A stretch of 64,000 bases of DNA from an uncultured Clostridium sp. (GTDB lineage Bacteria; Bacillota; Clostridia; TANB77; CAG-508): contig CAKNJR010000005.1 of NCBI GenBank assembly GCA_930986425.1, positions 27,638 to 91,637 of the forward strand, in the 5' to 3' direction. The notes under the pieces are model-generated. The model searched no databases. It was not told the origin of the DNA and was given only the letters and a program-made list of their open reading frames with translations. Both the position numbers and the translations under genes were made by a program. Below, piece by piece: positions 38,601 to 47,156 of the stretch; positions within the stretch are counted from its first letter, which is position 1, and the number at the start of each line of letters is the position of its first letter.

Positions 38601-38839
38601 ATTGCTTCTGTTGTTCCATTTGGTACCATTATAGTTGCATTTATTGGATTCCCTGGTGTTGATGATGATTGAAAAGTTGTATTATTTGTAGTTACTGCAT
38701 AAATTCTATTAGCATTACTTGGTGGTGTCGTTTCTACTGTATCATCAGTTGCTTTTACTGAAAACATCGAAAAAAGAATAGTAAAAGCAAATATGCATAT
38801 TAATACTGTGGTAATCTTGTTGTATAATTTCACTTTCAT
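35681..38839 (-). CDS. Alpha/beta-hydrolase fused to a VirB6/TrbL-like polytopic domain, paralogue 2
   Basis: 1052 aa. N-terminal signal/anchor, then a hydrolase fold (VVMCHGYTGN, nucleophile elbow LVGHSMGG, late NTNHNF His). Core motifs IPILDINFFS, VSVWYTSFRNLVI, IYIGIRMALST and KAKYKTMM with multiple TM helices. Long K/R/E/N-rich C-terminal tail. Confidence 0.7.
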   Translation of the reverse strand: MKVKLYNKITTVLICIFAFTILFSMFSVKATDDTVETTPPSNANRIYAVTTNNTTFQSSSTPGNPINATIMVPNGTTEAMPLVVMCHGYTGNRRNDDDHFIRLGNILAQHGIAAVTIDFPGCGDSTAAESAYTLSNMYEYVNSAISNMSSRYDIDSSKIGLVGHSMGGRVASMYTQTGSHSVAGIALWAPANGDGSMGYDFLNKGSFSFEASGTFFSEMDNSYPNSVLSSYSGAIFLAEDGADAKGEGPIDSSIVEQTKNTVSNQGGEVKDYSNTNHNFNDSVGNGGQVVDDTANFFGKLFLGIEIAGGSDEDKYQEPLYTIEDIIFNRIPILDINFFSDTAGGQPVSEGSAVGVIRTTVSVWYTSFRNLVIIALAIIIIYIGIRMALSTIPNDKAKYKTMMIGWVQALVIVLVVHFIMILIINTNNSLVALLEKASQDMMTSNGWIEDSIYETIRTRAYDLRLSVGLAGTIMYIALVVIWVKFLWVYIKRAFTILILVIIAPFIGAKYAIDSARGKKGSSFSSWLYDFTLNVLLQTVHAIVYTVLMTAAINFAFSSLVGYIIALVFMNFMLDADDIFRSIFNFESKSDLAEEAARKESRKEVMQNFAGAMFVGSMAKTTFGFAKGLGTGAVRTGRRFTRYLGRTFPNASENVGSRVNSALNAVDTRIENVARNMQNNQGGNNQGNSPRTWRNQALTAVQRQAQLRRLSREKGVVGVKARQIKNSISKNRKKRFKSNVDFIKKAATGSISTLLAAPMAVVNPVAGLTMFTTGLNTLKKTRGKKHYKAQKDGIIIKQSDMNYKAEKYTKKRDKQYSAADLLDKINSKETSIEEKAEAMKKLDENKFNSFKADASIVLEEVSESKLEELIDDYIKENNITTIDNYSINDIIDAISQAIGVKITKNDSLRSILSEKARTKVVFLRNKKEAEERSEGNEGIDAQTVDTNNDSKYGYDGEKTKSENDSRRNESKFGYADSPSDNSNNENDTKDESTTTYTKSDIVKIIQESATEAVIEDKGYQDLTKDLFKLDKDIKDFEGKAKTKYRGANKFMEGL

Positions 38840-38938
38840 TACTATTCTCCTTTCTGAATTTCATATTAATTACTATCTATTTTTATTCTAATATTTTGTA
38901 TTTGTACTGAAATTTTGTTTTTTCTTATTTAATCTTGA

Positions 38939-39886
38939 TTAATTCAGTCCATGTAAGAATGAGTTAATCATTAATTGGAAGAAATACACATATCCTAATA
39001 ATGGCGCTTTTATTAATGAAATTAATATACCCGCTAAGTAGTCCATAAATCCACTTATTCCATCAAATAGCCATTTAAAAATATCTACTTGTTCTTCATA
39101 TATAATTGTTGTTGGCATACCATCAAAAGTAAATTCGTCTGCAATTGCATCTAAGTCAACTTCTTCTGAGTCTAGTTCTACACCAGATGGGCTTGTTGCT
39201 CCATTTAAGCCTCCAACACCGCCTACTCCTGCTCCTTCTAAATATTCAAAAGAAGCATTTGCAGCGGTTTCTGCTGTTACTCTTCCGACCCATCCTTGGT
39301 ATCCACCATTGCTGTTACAATCACTTATTGCACTTCCATAATAAAGTCTTTTGGTATACATTCCTATTGACATACCATCTCCAACATATACAGCTACGTG
39401 GTGCCACATTACAATAATATCTCCTGGTTGCCATTCATCTGAAGAGCAATCTACTCTTTCAAATCCATTTTTTACATAAGGTGCATTATTAGGATTTGAT
39501 GTTCCCGAACTGGCATATGGGCATTTTACAAATTCTGTATATTCTTCTTCTCCTATTCCTAAGGCATGATGAATTACAAATGATACAAATGCTACACAGT
39601 GAAAACTATATATTGTTGTTGTATCTGAATCACTGACAGGAAGGTTATACCCTGCAGTTCCTCCATACCTTGCTTGTGAAGAGTGCTTGTTGGCAAAATC
39701 AATTGCCCATGCTGCTATGGTTTCTCCTGCTTCTTGTACAGTATGGCCTGTAGTTGGTCCTAATGAGGAAGAACCACCATCATTTATTTGCATTTGCGGA
39801 GCTCCTAATGAAATTGATAAGGAGAAATTCCAAAATACGTCTGCAATTAGTAGTATAACTATTATTTTAGTAAATATTTTTCTCAC
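38939..39886 (-). CDS. NlpC/P60-family cell-wall hydrolase with C-terminal hydrophobic segment
   Basis: 315 aa. GTG start overlaps the upstream stop by 1 nt, with GGAGGAG upstream. Signal peptide. Cys in YSFHCVAFVSFV and His in GDIIVMWHHVAVYVGDG, the NlpC/P60 Cys...His pattern. C-terminal FMDYLAGILISLIKAPLLGYVYFF. Confidence 0.65.
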   Translation of the reverse strand: MRKIFTKIIVILLIADVFWNFSLSISLGAPQMQINDGGSSSLGPTTGHTVQEAGETIAAWAIDFANKHSSQARYGGTAGYNLPVSDSDTTTIYSFHCVAFVSFVIHHALGIGEEEYTEFVKCPYASSGTSNPNNAPYVKNGFERVDCSSDEWQPGDIIVMWHHVAVYVGDGMSIGMYTKRLYYGSAISDCNSNGGYQGWVGRVTAETAANASFEYLEGAGVGGVGGLNGATSPSGVELDSEEVDLDAIADEFTFDGMPTTIIYEEQVDIFKWLFDGISGFMDYLAGILISLIKAPLLGYVYFFQLMINSFLHGLN

Positions 39887-41115
39887 TATTCTCCTCCATT
39901 TTCTTCTCCAGAATCTAAATAAATTTGATTTGAAATTCTGTCTCCTTCAGCCTTTAATACCAAGTTTGTTTCTAATCTTGTGTATATGTTAGCAGGTATA
40001 TTCTTGTTTTCTATTAAATCTTCCATTTTTATGTTTTCAGTAATCCATCCTTGGAAATTACTATATATTATTACTCCATTTTGTGATGGGTAGCCCATTC
40101 TTACACAAAAGCCTAATAAAGGATATTCTATATCTACATAATTATTATTATCAGTAAAACTGCTGTAATGTGGATATAGGTCTGTTAATTTATTTAAAAA
40201 TGTATTTATATCTCCTGTGTTGTTTAGCTCTGTAACTAGTTTTCCAAACTCTATACTGTCTTTTTCGTCATATTTGTCTGGAGGATATAAAGATATTTCA
40301 TCGTTTGAAAAGAATATATAGAAATACTCACATTTATAACCTATAATATCATTATTGGTATCTTCATATGTTGGTGTTCCGAGTATTTTTTCTACATCTT
40401 CTAAACTTGCATTAGTTGTTATTCCATTTACAATTTCATCTAAATAACTTTGTGTAAAAACAATATTGTATATTTCTGATCCAATTTTTCTAATATTATA
40501 CCCTTCTTGATATATCTCATAATCGTTTTCCATACTTGTCCTTACTCCAAGGTTTACGTTGTTATATATCCAGTTTGCATTTATAATATTTGCTAGTATT
40601 GGTGATGTTATAGTAAAAGCAGTTAATTGTTCATCTTTATAATTATCTATTTGATAATTTGCTTTTATATGTTCCCAGTACTTTCCGTCGTTGTTTATAG
40701 TGTAAAGAGATACTTCATCATTTTCATTATATTGTATTTTTACAAGGACATTTTTTTCTGTGTCAATCATTCTGAAATTGTGGCCTTTTCTAAAACCTGC
40801 TACATGGCTTATAACAACTTCATAAAGTGATTTATTCGTTATACCATCTTCATTTACTGTTGGCTTGCTAAAGCTTAAATAGATATCATCTTCAAATCCT
40901 TCTTCTGCTGATTTTTCTGTTCTAATATACTCATGTCCATCATATTCTATTATTTCTTTTACTGAAGAAAAGTCATTGACAGATGTTTTAGGCCTACTTT
41001 TGTCTAAGAAATATCCTATTAAACCAATAATTATTATAACTAATGCAATTCCTAGAAAAATCAATGTTTTTTTTCTTTTTTTCATTTTCTTATCCTCTTT
41101 ATTTAATACACGCAT
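39886..41115 (-). CDS. TM-anchored protein of unknown function (T4SS-like locus)
   Basis: 409 aa with an N-terminal TM (LIFLGIALVIIIIGLIGYFL). No recognisable motif. Confidence 0.5.
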   Translation of the reverse strand: MRVLNKEDKKMKKRKKTLIFLGIALVIIIIGLIGYFLDKSRPKTSVNDFSSVKEIIEYDGHEYIRTEKSAEEGFEDDIYLSFSKPTVNEDGITNKSLYEVVISHVAGFRKGHNFRMIDTEKNVLVKIQYNENDEVSLYTINNDGKYWEHIKANYQIDNYKDEQLTAFTITSPILANIINANWIYNNVNLGVRTSMENDYEIYQEGYNIRKIGSEIYNIVFTQSYLDEIVNGITTNASLEDVEKILGTPTYEDTNNDIIGYKCEYFYIFFSNDEISLYPPDKYDEKDSIEFGKLVTELNNTGDINTFLNKLTDLYPHYSSFTDNNNYVDIEYPLLGFCVRMGYPSQNGVIIYSNFQGWITENIKMEDLIENKNIPANIYTRLETNLVLKAEGDRISNQIYLDSGEENGGE

Positions 41116-41137
41116 TTATCAATTCTTTGTTGTACCA

Positions 41138-42331
41138 CTATTTATTTCCAGGGATTTTTACGCTCTTCAATCCTTTATCTGCTGTACCTCCGCTGATTTT
41201 TAATGCACTTCTTACAACTTTTTCTGCATTATCTAATGAAATTATAAATATAATTCCTATTATAGGTGCTGTTTTTGCGATTTCACCTGCTGAAAGCATA
41301 AACACTACATATAATATTAGATGCATTGGTTGTATGAATACTTGAATCATTATTTCTTTAAACCAATTATTAAACGCTTGTGGTTTTCCATCGCCTACGG
41401 CATCAATTGGGTATGATAAACAAATAAATGGTGCGATAACTGTCATTATAAAAATTTTTAACACCCTGAATAGGTATATAACAAAAAACTTTATTTCATA
41501 AAATACTAGTACGCAATTCATTGTTGTATATATTAATTTTTCCCATCCTTCGGCTCTTGATGTTTCTGCTGCTAGTCCTGAAAGCATTGCTGTTTCAACA
41601 TCATTCACATCCTGATTATTCTCAATTGCTCTATTTATGAAATCTACAACTATATCAGACAAGCTTATCATTATTGCTACTATATATTGAATAACAAATA
41701 ATAGTATTACTCCGACTAGCCAACTCATAAGCATTTTCTTGTATTTAGCTGAATCTTCTGCACTTGCTGAAATTGCCATTCTTATTCCAACATATACTAA
41801 TGTTATTGCACATCCAACTGCTGCTATATTTCTTGTTGCAACATACCAAACTGCTGCATTATCTTTTAAGGTATTAGAAATATCTGAATTTGGTCCTTCA
41901 GGAGTTTCAGCAAACATGTTAATATTAAATAGTGGATATTGATTTGTTAGCAATTTTCCTATTGTAAAAAATTCTGTTTGTTGAACGCCATCGGTGAAAT
42001 TAGCCGCTTGGTTTGTTGCAACAGCTTGGAGTACCAAATTTATTGTATTTGCTGCCATTGTACCTATGCTGGTTATTGCATTGGCAGTCGTTTCTTCTTC
42101 TGCTTCGCTTGTTCCAATATCGACATTCTCTGATTGTACAGAAGAATTTGAACCATCAGATGTTACAGTTGATTGTCCATCCATTAATTCATTAAATGAT
42201 TCTTCTGGGTTTGAAGATGAAGAACTGTCTGGTATATCAAAAGTATGGTCATTTAAGGCCGATACTTTAGGGGTAAGAAGAATCGCAATAGTAATTATCA
42301 TTACTAATATTGTTATTATTTTTTTTCTCAT
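41138..42331 (-). CDS. VirB6/TrbL-like polytopic membrane protein, paralogue 3 (minimal form)
   Basis: 397 aa with a signal peptide. Core motifs YPLFNINMFAE, AAVWYVATRNIAAV, VYVGIRMAISAS, SAKYKKML and GDGKPQAFNNWFKEI, with 5-6 TM helices. Confidence 0.65.
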   Translation of the reverse strand: MRKKIITILVMIITIAILLTPKVSALNDHTFDIPDSSSSSNPEESFNELMDGQSTVTSDGSNSSVQSENVDIGTSEAEEETTANAITSIGTMAANTINLVLQAVATNQAANFTDGVQQTEFFTIGKLLTNQYPLFNINMFAETPEGPNSDISNTLKDNAAVWYVATRNIAAVGCAITLVYVGIRMAISASAEDSAKYKKMLMSWLVGVILLFVIQYIVAIMISLSDIVVDFINRAIENNQDVNDVETAMLSGLAAETSRAEGWEKLIYTTMNCVLVFYEIKFFVIYLFRVLKIFIMTVIAPFICLSYPIDAVGDGKPQAFNNWFKEIMIQVFIQPMHLILYVVFMLSAGEIAKTAPIIGIIFIISLDNAEKVVRSALKISGGTADKGLKSVKIPGNK

Positions 42332-42345
42332 TAAAACACCCCATA

Positions 42346-44298
42346 TTATGCTTGCTTTTCTTTTAACTTGTTAACATTCGTTTCTATAAATTCAAATTCT
42401 TTCTTTGTTGGAATTATTTCCATAATTGCTGTTTGTTCTCCAACTTTGAATAATCCTTGTCCTCTACTGCAAGTAGTTAGGAAAGAAGCTTCTCCTTCAC
42501 TTAATTTGAAAACTTCTTTTATATATTGTATTTCAGATTTATCTTGTGCTAAGAATAACTTTGTATCTGAAGATGTTAAAACTGCTTGAACTTCTGATTT
42601 TTCATAGAAGTCTTGGAATCTCTGTGATACAACAGCTAGTGAAACATTTCTTTTTCTGGCACGTCTTGCCATTTTATTTAAGAAGTCTACAGCTTCTGGG
42701 TATGGTAAAAGCATCCAAGCCTCATCAACTAAAACACGCTTCTTTCCGGCCTTTGCTTTATCCTCACTATTTTTCTTAACATATTTTTCCCAAATCCAAG
42801 AAAGTAATATTTGCTGTGCTAATGGTCTTGCAAATCTTTCCTCCAAATTTGATATGTCTAGATTTATAAATGAAGTTCCTTCTAATAAATCAAATGTTGA
42901 TTGTCCATCAAAATATGCCATTTGTCCATTAAGCTCTCTTACGTATTGTTTCATAACTTTTACTAAGTAACTGTAATGAACTCTATAATCTGGGTTTGTA
43001 TTTTGATTAGCATTTGTAACTAATCTTCTATACCAAGAGCCTATTGTTGGCATTTTTTTCTTAGTTCTTCCTAGGTAATTATTTTCTATTATTCCATTAA
43101 TATTTTTTTCATACAAAGAATTTACATCATTTGTAATACCTAAGCTAGCATATTCTTCTGCTGCCGCTTCAGCAATTATTTGCTTTGTTACTTCGTTTAC
43201 ATCTTCTGTTCTTGTACTACCTCTAGCCATTGTTAGAAGAATCTGAGTAACGTCCTCTACTTTATTTTCTACATTTAAAACTACTTTTTCACGACCTGTA
43301 ATTTCATCTCTTGTAATTTCAGGTTCTATATCAAATGGATTAATAATTGTATTTGAACTTGGTGAAATTACTACATTTAATCCACCAAGAGCATCTGCAA
43401 CAACTCCATATTCGCCTTCAGCATCTAGTGCTAAGCTTTCAATTCCCATAAGAACTGCTGACCTTGCGATAAGAGTCTTTATTGTAACACCCTTACCAGC
43501 ACCAGATTTACCGAATACAACCATGTTGTAGTTACTTAGAGTTGGGCTAAAATTATCATATAATATTGGTAATCCTGTTTGTCTATTAAATCCAATTGGT
43601 ATACCTTTTTCATGTCCAACATCTGAGTTGATAAATGGGAATACTGTTGCCATTGATCTACGGTCAAAAGTATGTACCTTTTTGATTTTGTCTTCACATA
43701 GTGGTAAATTAGATTTAAACGCATCTTCTTGCATTGCCCATGCTGTTTTCATACCAGTTAATGTTTTGGCCATTTCTGATGATAACAATTCTGTTTGTTT
43801 ATCTAATTCTTCTACACTATAAGCAAAAAGTGTACAAATTATTGAAGATTCAAATAATTTGTCCAAACCACTAGCAATTGCATCTCTTAATTCTTCTGCC
43901 TCTGCTCTTTTTTGTGCTAATGAACTTTCTCTATTGATTTGTCCTCTCTCTTGAGCAACAATTCTTTCTGATTCAAGTTCATTGATTGTTCTATTTAATT
44001 CGTTTTGTGATTTTGACTCACTTATAGGAGTTATATATACAGATACATTAATATCTCCAAAAGTATACATACTTCTTAGTAACTCTGGGAATGTACACAT
44101 TCTAGGAAGTGTTGATACAAGCATTGTCCTTGCATATTTACTTGTACTAGATATTATCTCTAACTTGTTGGTGCTTGTTGCATCTATTCCTGATGGTGCA
44201 ATTAAGTCTTTTAAATCCTTTGCATTATCCACAAAGCTTCTTTCTTCCTTTTGCGTTTCTCCTATATTGCTACTTTGCTCATTATTTTTCTTTTTCAT
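42346..44298 (-). CDS. VirB4/TraE-type type IV secretion ATPase
   Basis: 650 aa. Walker A VVFGKSGAGKGVT, LDAEGEY, INPFDIEP, Walker B KRVLVDEAWML, VVSQRFQDF. The N-terminal domain follows the IAPSGID...KYARTMLVSTLPR pattern of Gram-positive VirB4 homologues. Confidence 0.85.
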   Translation of the reverse strand: MKKKNNEQSSNIGETQKEERSFVDNAKDLKDLIAPSGIDATSTNKLEIISSTSKYARTMLVSTLPRMCTFPELLRSMYTFGDINVSVYITPISESKSQNELNRTINELESERIVAQERGQINRESSLAQKRAEAEELRDAIASGLDKLFESSIICTLFAYSVEELDKQTELLSSEMAKTLTGMKTAWAMQEDAFKSNLPLCEDKIKKVHTFDRRSMATVFPFINSDVGHEKGIPIGFNRQTGLPILYDNFSPTLSNYNMVVFGKSGAGKGVTIKTLIARSAVLMGIESLALDAEGEYGVVADALGGLNVVISPSSNTIINPFDIEPEITRDEITGREKVVLNVENKVEDVTQILLTMARGSTRTEDVNEVTKQIIAEAAAEEYASLGITNDVNSLYEKNINGIIENNYLGRTKKKMPTIGSWYRRLVTNANQNTNPDYRVHYSYLVKVMKQYVRELNGQMAYFDGQSTFDLLEGTSFINLDISNLEERFARPLAQQILLSWIWEKYVKKNSEDKAKAGKKRVLVDEAWMLLPYPEAVDFLNKMARRARKRNVSLAVVSQRFQDFYEKSEVQAVLTSSDTKLFLAQDKSEIQYIKEVFKLSEGEASFLTTCSRGQGLFKVGEQTAIMEIIPTKKEFEFIETNVNKLKEKQA

Positions 44299-44331
44299 AT
44301 TTGGAAATTCCTCCTATTCTTTAGTTATATA

Positions 44332-45522
44332 TTAGATGTTTTTTCTTATAATTCTTCTCTTAGGCTTGTCTTGAATAGCCTCTTGTATATCGGTATTTTT
44401 TACTTTTTCTTTAGCTGCTTTATATAAAGAATTACTCATTTCATCTTTATATTCGTCGACCATTTCTTCTGCTCTTTCTCTTATTTTGGCTTCTTGTCTT
44501 AGCTTTTCTCTTTGCTCTTTATCAGCATCAATTATACTTTTTGCTGCAAGTTTTGCTGCATTTTCTTCAACTTGTCTTTCTAATCTTTGCTTTTTAGTTT
44601 CTAATACGTCTTTTGCTGTTGAATATAATTTATCGTATTCTGAATTCAAAGCATTTCTAAGTGTATAAACTTCTGATTGGTCTCTATTGTATGCTACATA
44701 TAGTAATTCCATTAACTCTTCTGAATTTAATACTTTTCCTGTTACTTCTGCTGAAGCTAATGCTCTAATTAATGTTTGAGCTCTTGTATATAATTCTGAA
44801 AATGCTATATCATCAATTTCATCTTTTGAATATGTGCTTGTATCTCCAAATTCAGCTGTATAATATGAAATTATTATATATGTTTTTTGTTGTAATATGT
44901 TTTTGCTTTCGCTAAGTTTTTCTGTGTAATCTGTTATAGATTCTCCATACTCTAATATGTTTTGTTTTCTTTTTCTCTCGAACTCAAGTCTTGACACAGC
45001 TTCTGTATTTCCATTTCTCTTTGCATTTTCAATTTGTGCATTAAGTCTTGCTATTTGATTATCTACATCATGTATTCTTTCATGATAATTTTGTATCAAA
45101 TCTTCGAAATTAAGTTTTCTTGTTTGTACATATAATTGTATTGAAAAGCGTAATGTATTTAAAAATTCTATAAATCCTGATTCAACAGCATTTTTTTCAT
45201 CTTCTGAAAGTAAATCATAATTGATTCCTTTACATTCTATTACCATAACATATTGTTTTCTTCCTTTTCTAACAATCATGTTATCTAGGACTTCGTCAAA
45301 TTCCATGAACTTATAAATTGAATCTATTGCTTTTCCTGTTCTAGTTATAAGATTTGTTTTTTCAGCACTTTGATTTGGATTGTTTACTTTTATCTCGGTA
45401 TCATTGTTAGGTTCTCTTTTTCTTCTCATTTTATATATTAATAATGCTGCAATAAACCCAAGTATTAATATCAAGATTAATATTATTATTAAAATTAAAT
45501 TAAGTAATTGAACTGTATCCAT
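44332..45522 (-). CDS. TM-anchored coiled-coil protein, possibly related to the VirB4 N-terminal domain
   Basis: 396 aa with an N-terminal TM. The segment YVMVIECKGINYDLLSEDEKNAVESGFIEFLNTLRFSIQLYVQT resembles the N-domain pattern of VirB4-type proteins. No Walker motifs. Its start abuts the stop of 45523..45975. Confidence 0.45.
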   Translation of the reverse strand: MDTVQLLNLILIIILILILILGFIAALLIYKMRRKREPNNDTEIKVNNPNQSAEKTNLITRTGKAIDSIYKFMEFDEVLDNMIVRKGRKQYVMVIECKGINYDLLSEDEKNAVESGFIEFLNTLRFSIQLYVQTRKLNFEDLIQNYHERIHDVDNQIARLNAQIENAKRNGNTEAVSRLEFERKRKQNILEYGESITDYTEKLSESKNILQQKTYIIISYYTAEFGDTSTYSKDEIDDIAFSELYTRAQTLIRALASAEVTGKVLNSEELMELLYVAYNRDQSEVYTLRNALNSEYDKLYSTAKDVLETKKQRLERQVEENAAKLAAKSIIDADKEQREKLRQEAKIRERAEEMVDEYKDEMSNSLYKAAKEKVKNTDIQEAIQDKPKRRIIRKNI

Positions 45523-45975
45523 CTATTTTTCCTCCTTTGTATTTGCTTTATTAGCAGTTTGTTTTGGTGTTCCAACAACTTTTCCTATAATATTATCTAA
45601 AGAAAGGCTATCTAAAGCACTAGCATAATCTGCTTCTTTTCTGTCAACTGCATATGTATATACTTTATTAGTCTTTTTAAAAACTATATACCTTTTTATT
45701 ATATCATCAATTGAATCTCCACCAACATTCTTGGCTAGTTTTGACGTTCCTGAAGCTGGCATTTTAACAGTTGCTATGGCATAACCTATTAAAGCACATA
45801 CTCCAATAAAAATATACCCTAATATATCTATGCCTAAGATAACACCAAATATAAAGTAGAATACTAATCCTATAACTCCTCCTATTGCTGTGTAAATCAA
45901 AGATTTAGCAGTAAAAATATATAATATCCTACTTTCTCCTTTTAAATTATTACTTGGAATATAGTAACTTCCCAT
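45523..45975 (-). CDS. VirB3-like (PrgI/TcpE-type) two-TM protein
   Basis: 150 aa with two adjacent TM helices (LIYTAIGGVIGLVFYFIFGVILG / ILGYIFIGVCALIGYAIATV). It sits immediately upstream of the VirB4 region, as in Gram-positive T4SS modules. Confidence 0.55.
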   Translation of the reverse strand: MGSYYIPSNNLKGESRILYIFTAKSLIYTAIGGVIGLVFYFIFGVILGIDILGYIFIGVCALIGYAIATVKMPASGTSKLAKNVGGDSIDDIIKRYIVFKKTNKVYTYAVDRKEADYASALDSLSLDNIIGKVVGTPKQTANKANTKEEK

Positions 45976-45990
45976 AATTTTCCTCCTTTG

Positions 45991-46368
45991 TTATGCAAAA
46001 ATTGAATTTCCTAAATTTATTATTATTGCAAACAATCCTGTTGCTCCATAAATTAAAACAGTGGCTATAACTAATCCAATAAGTTTTTGTTTTATATTAG
46101 CTTTACCTTGTGGGTCTGTAATCATATATTGTATTCCAAGGTACATATATGCAATAACAAGTACAACAGAAGCAATGGCTACTAAAACTTGTCCAATTGG
46201 TCTAAGTATATCCCATGCTTCCTCAGTAGTTATTACACTTGATGTACTTCCTTGGCTAATAAAGTCATCCCCTGCGTCTTTTATGTTTTGTAGTGCAAAA
46301 ACTTGATTGCTACTAAAGATTATAGCTATTAAAATAATGATGTATAATACTTTTTTTATTTTTTTCAT
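45991..46368 (-). CDS. VirB2/T4SS-pilin-like small membrane protein, copy 2
   Basis: 125 aa. Signal peptide ending VFA, then two TM helices separated by YMITDPQGKANIKQKL. Confidence 0.6.
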   Translation of the reverse strand: MKKIKKVLYIIILIAIIFSSNQVFALQNIKDAGDDFISQGSTSSVITTEEAWDILRPIGQVLVAIASVVLVIAYMYLGIQYMITDPQGKANIKQKLIGLVIATVLIYGATGLFAIIINLGNSIFA

Positions 46369-46442
46369 ATTCTTCCCCTAAAAAATTTTGAATATTAATT
46401 AATCATTTCAGATTTATGCTTTTAGCATTAGTATTGTTTTAG

Positions 46443-46799
46443 TTAAATATTATTTAATGCCATTCCTCCAATTAAGCCAACTAGTGAACCTGCTGCAAAT
46501 AATATAACTGCTCCAACTGCTATATATATAAACTTTTTCTTAAGTTCAGCTTTGGCTTCAGGTGCTGCCCACATATATTTTATACCAGCAAACATAACAG
46601 CTATAACTGCTGCTGCATATAGAATTATTTGTGCAACCCAAATAATTTGTCCACCAATACTATTAGCCACAGCGTCTGATACATATATATCATCCATGTT
46701 AGATGGCACATCTATTCCTGCATATGCTACATTGCTCATCATTAAGAAATATGAAAAAATTAGAGTTAACACAGATGTTATTTTTGTGATTTTTTTCAT
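46443..46799 (-). CDS. VirB2/T4SS-pilin-like small membrane protein, copy 1 (first gene of the operon)
   Basis: 118 aa. Signal peptide ending AYA, then two TM helices separated by YMWAAPEAKAELKKKF. Confidence 0.6.
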   Translation of the reverse strand: MKKITKITSVLTLIFSYFLMMSNVAYAGIDVPSNMDDIYVSDAVANSIGGQIIWVAQIILYAAAVIAVMFAGIKYMWAAPEAKAELKKKFIYIAVGAVILFAAGSLVGLIGGMALNNI

Positions 46800-46842
46800 T
46801 TAAATATTTTACTCCTATTCTTACTTATAGTTACTTTATTTT

Positions 46843-46872
46843 ATTATACAATTAATAGTAATAATATTGCAA
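46843..46872 (-). promoter_or_regulatory. Putative promoter of the T4SS-like operon (TTGCAA-18-TATAAT)
   Basis: Minus strand: TTGCAA (46872..46867), an 18-nt spacer, TATAAT (46848..46843), 44 nt before ATG 46799. Confidence 0.45.
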
Positions 46873-47156
46873 GTATTTTTTGGTTTTTTAGCATATTTTT
46901 TTATATTGTTTTGATTTATTTTCAAGTTTTATTTTTTGTATTTTTATATATTTTTTTGACTAATTTTGATTTTAATTACCTTTACTCGTAAATTCGACTT
47001 TTTATTTACCCTTATCATTATTAATTCAATTTCTATTTTTTGTCGAATTTTGTAGAATTTAGGAACTTAAAACTTCCAAAATTCCCTTTATTTCTATTGA
47101 CTTTTTTGTAAAATTATGGTATTTTTAAGATATAGATATTGAACGGGAGTGATAAT

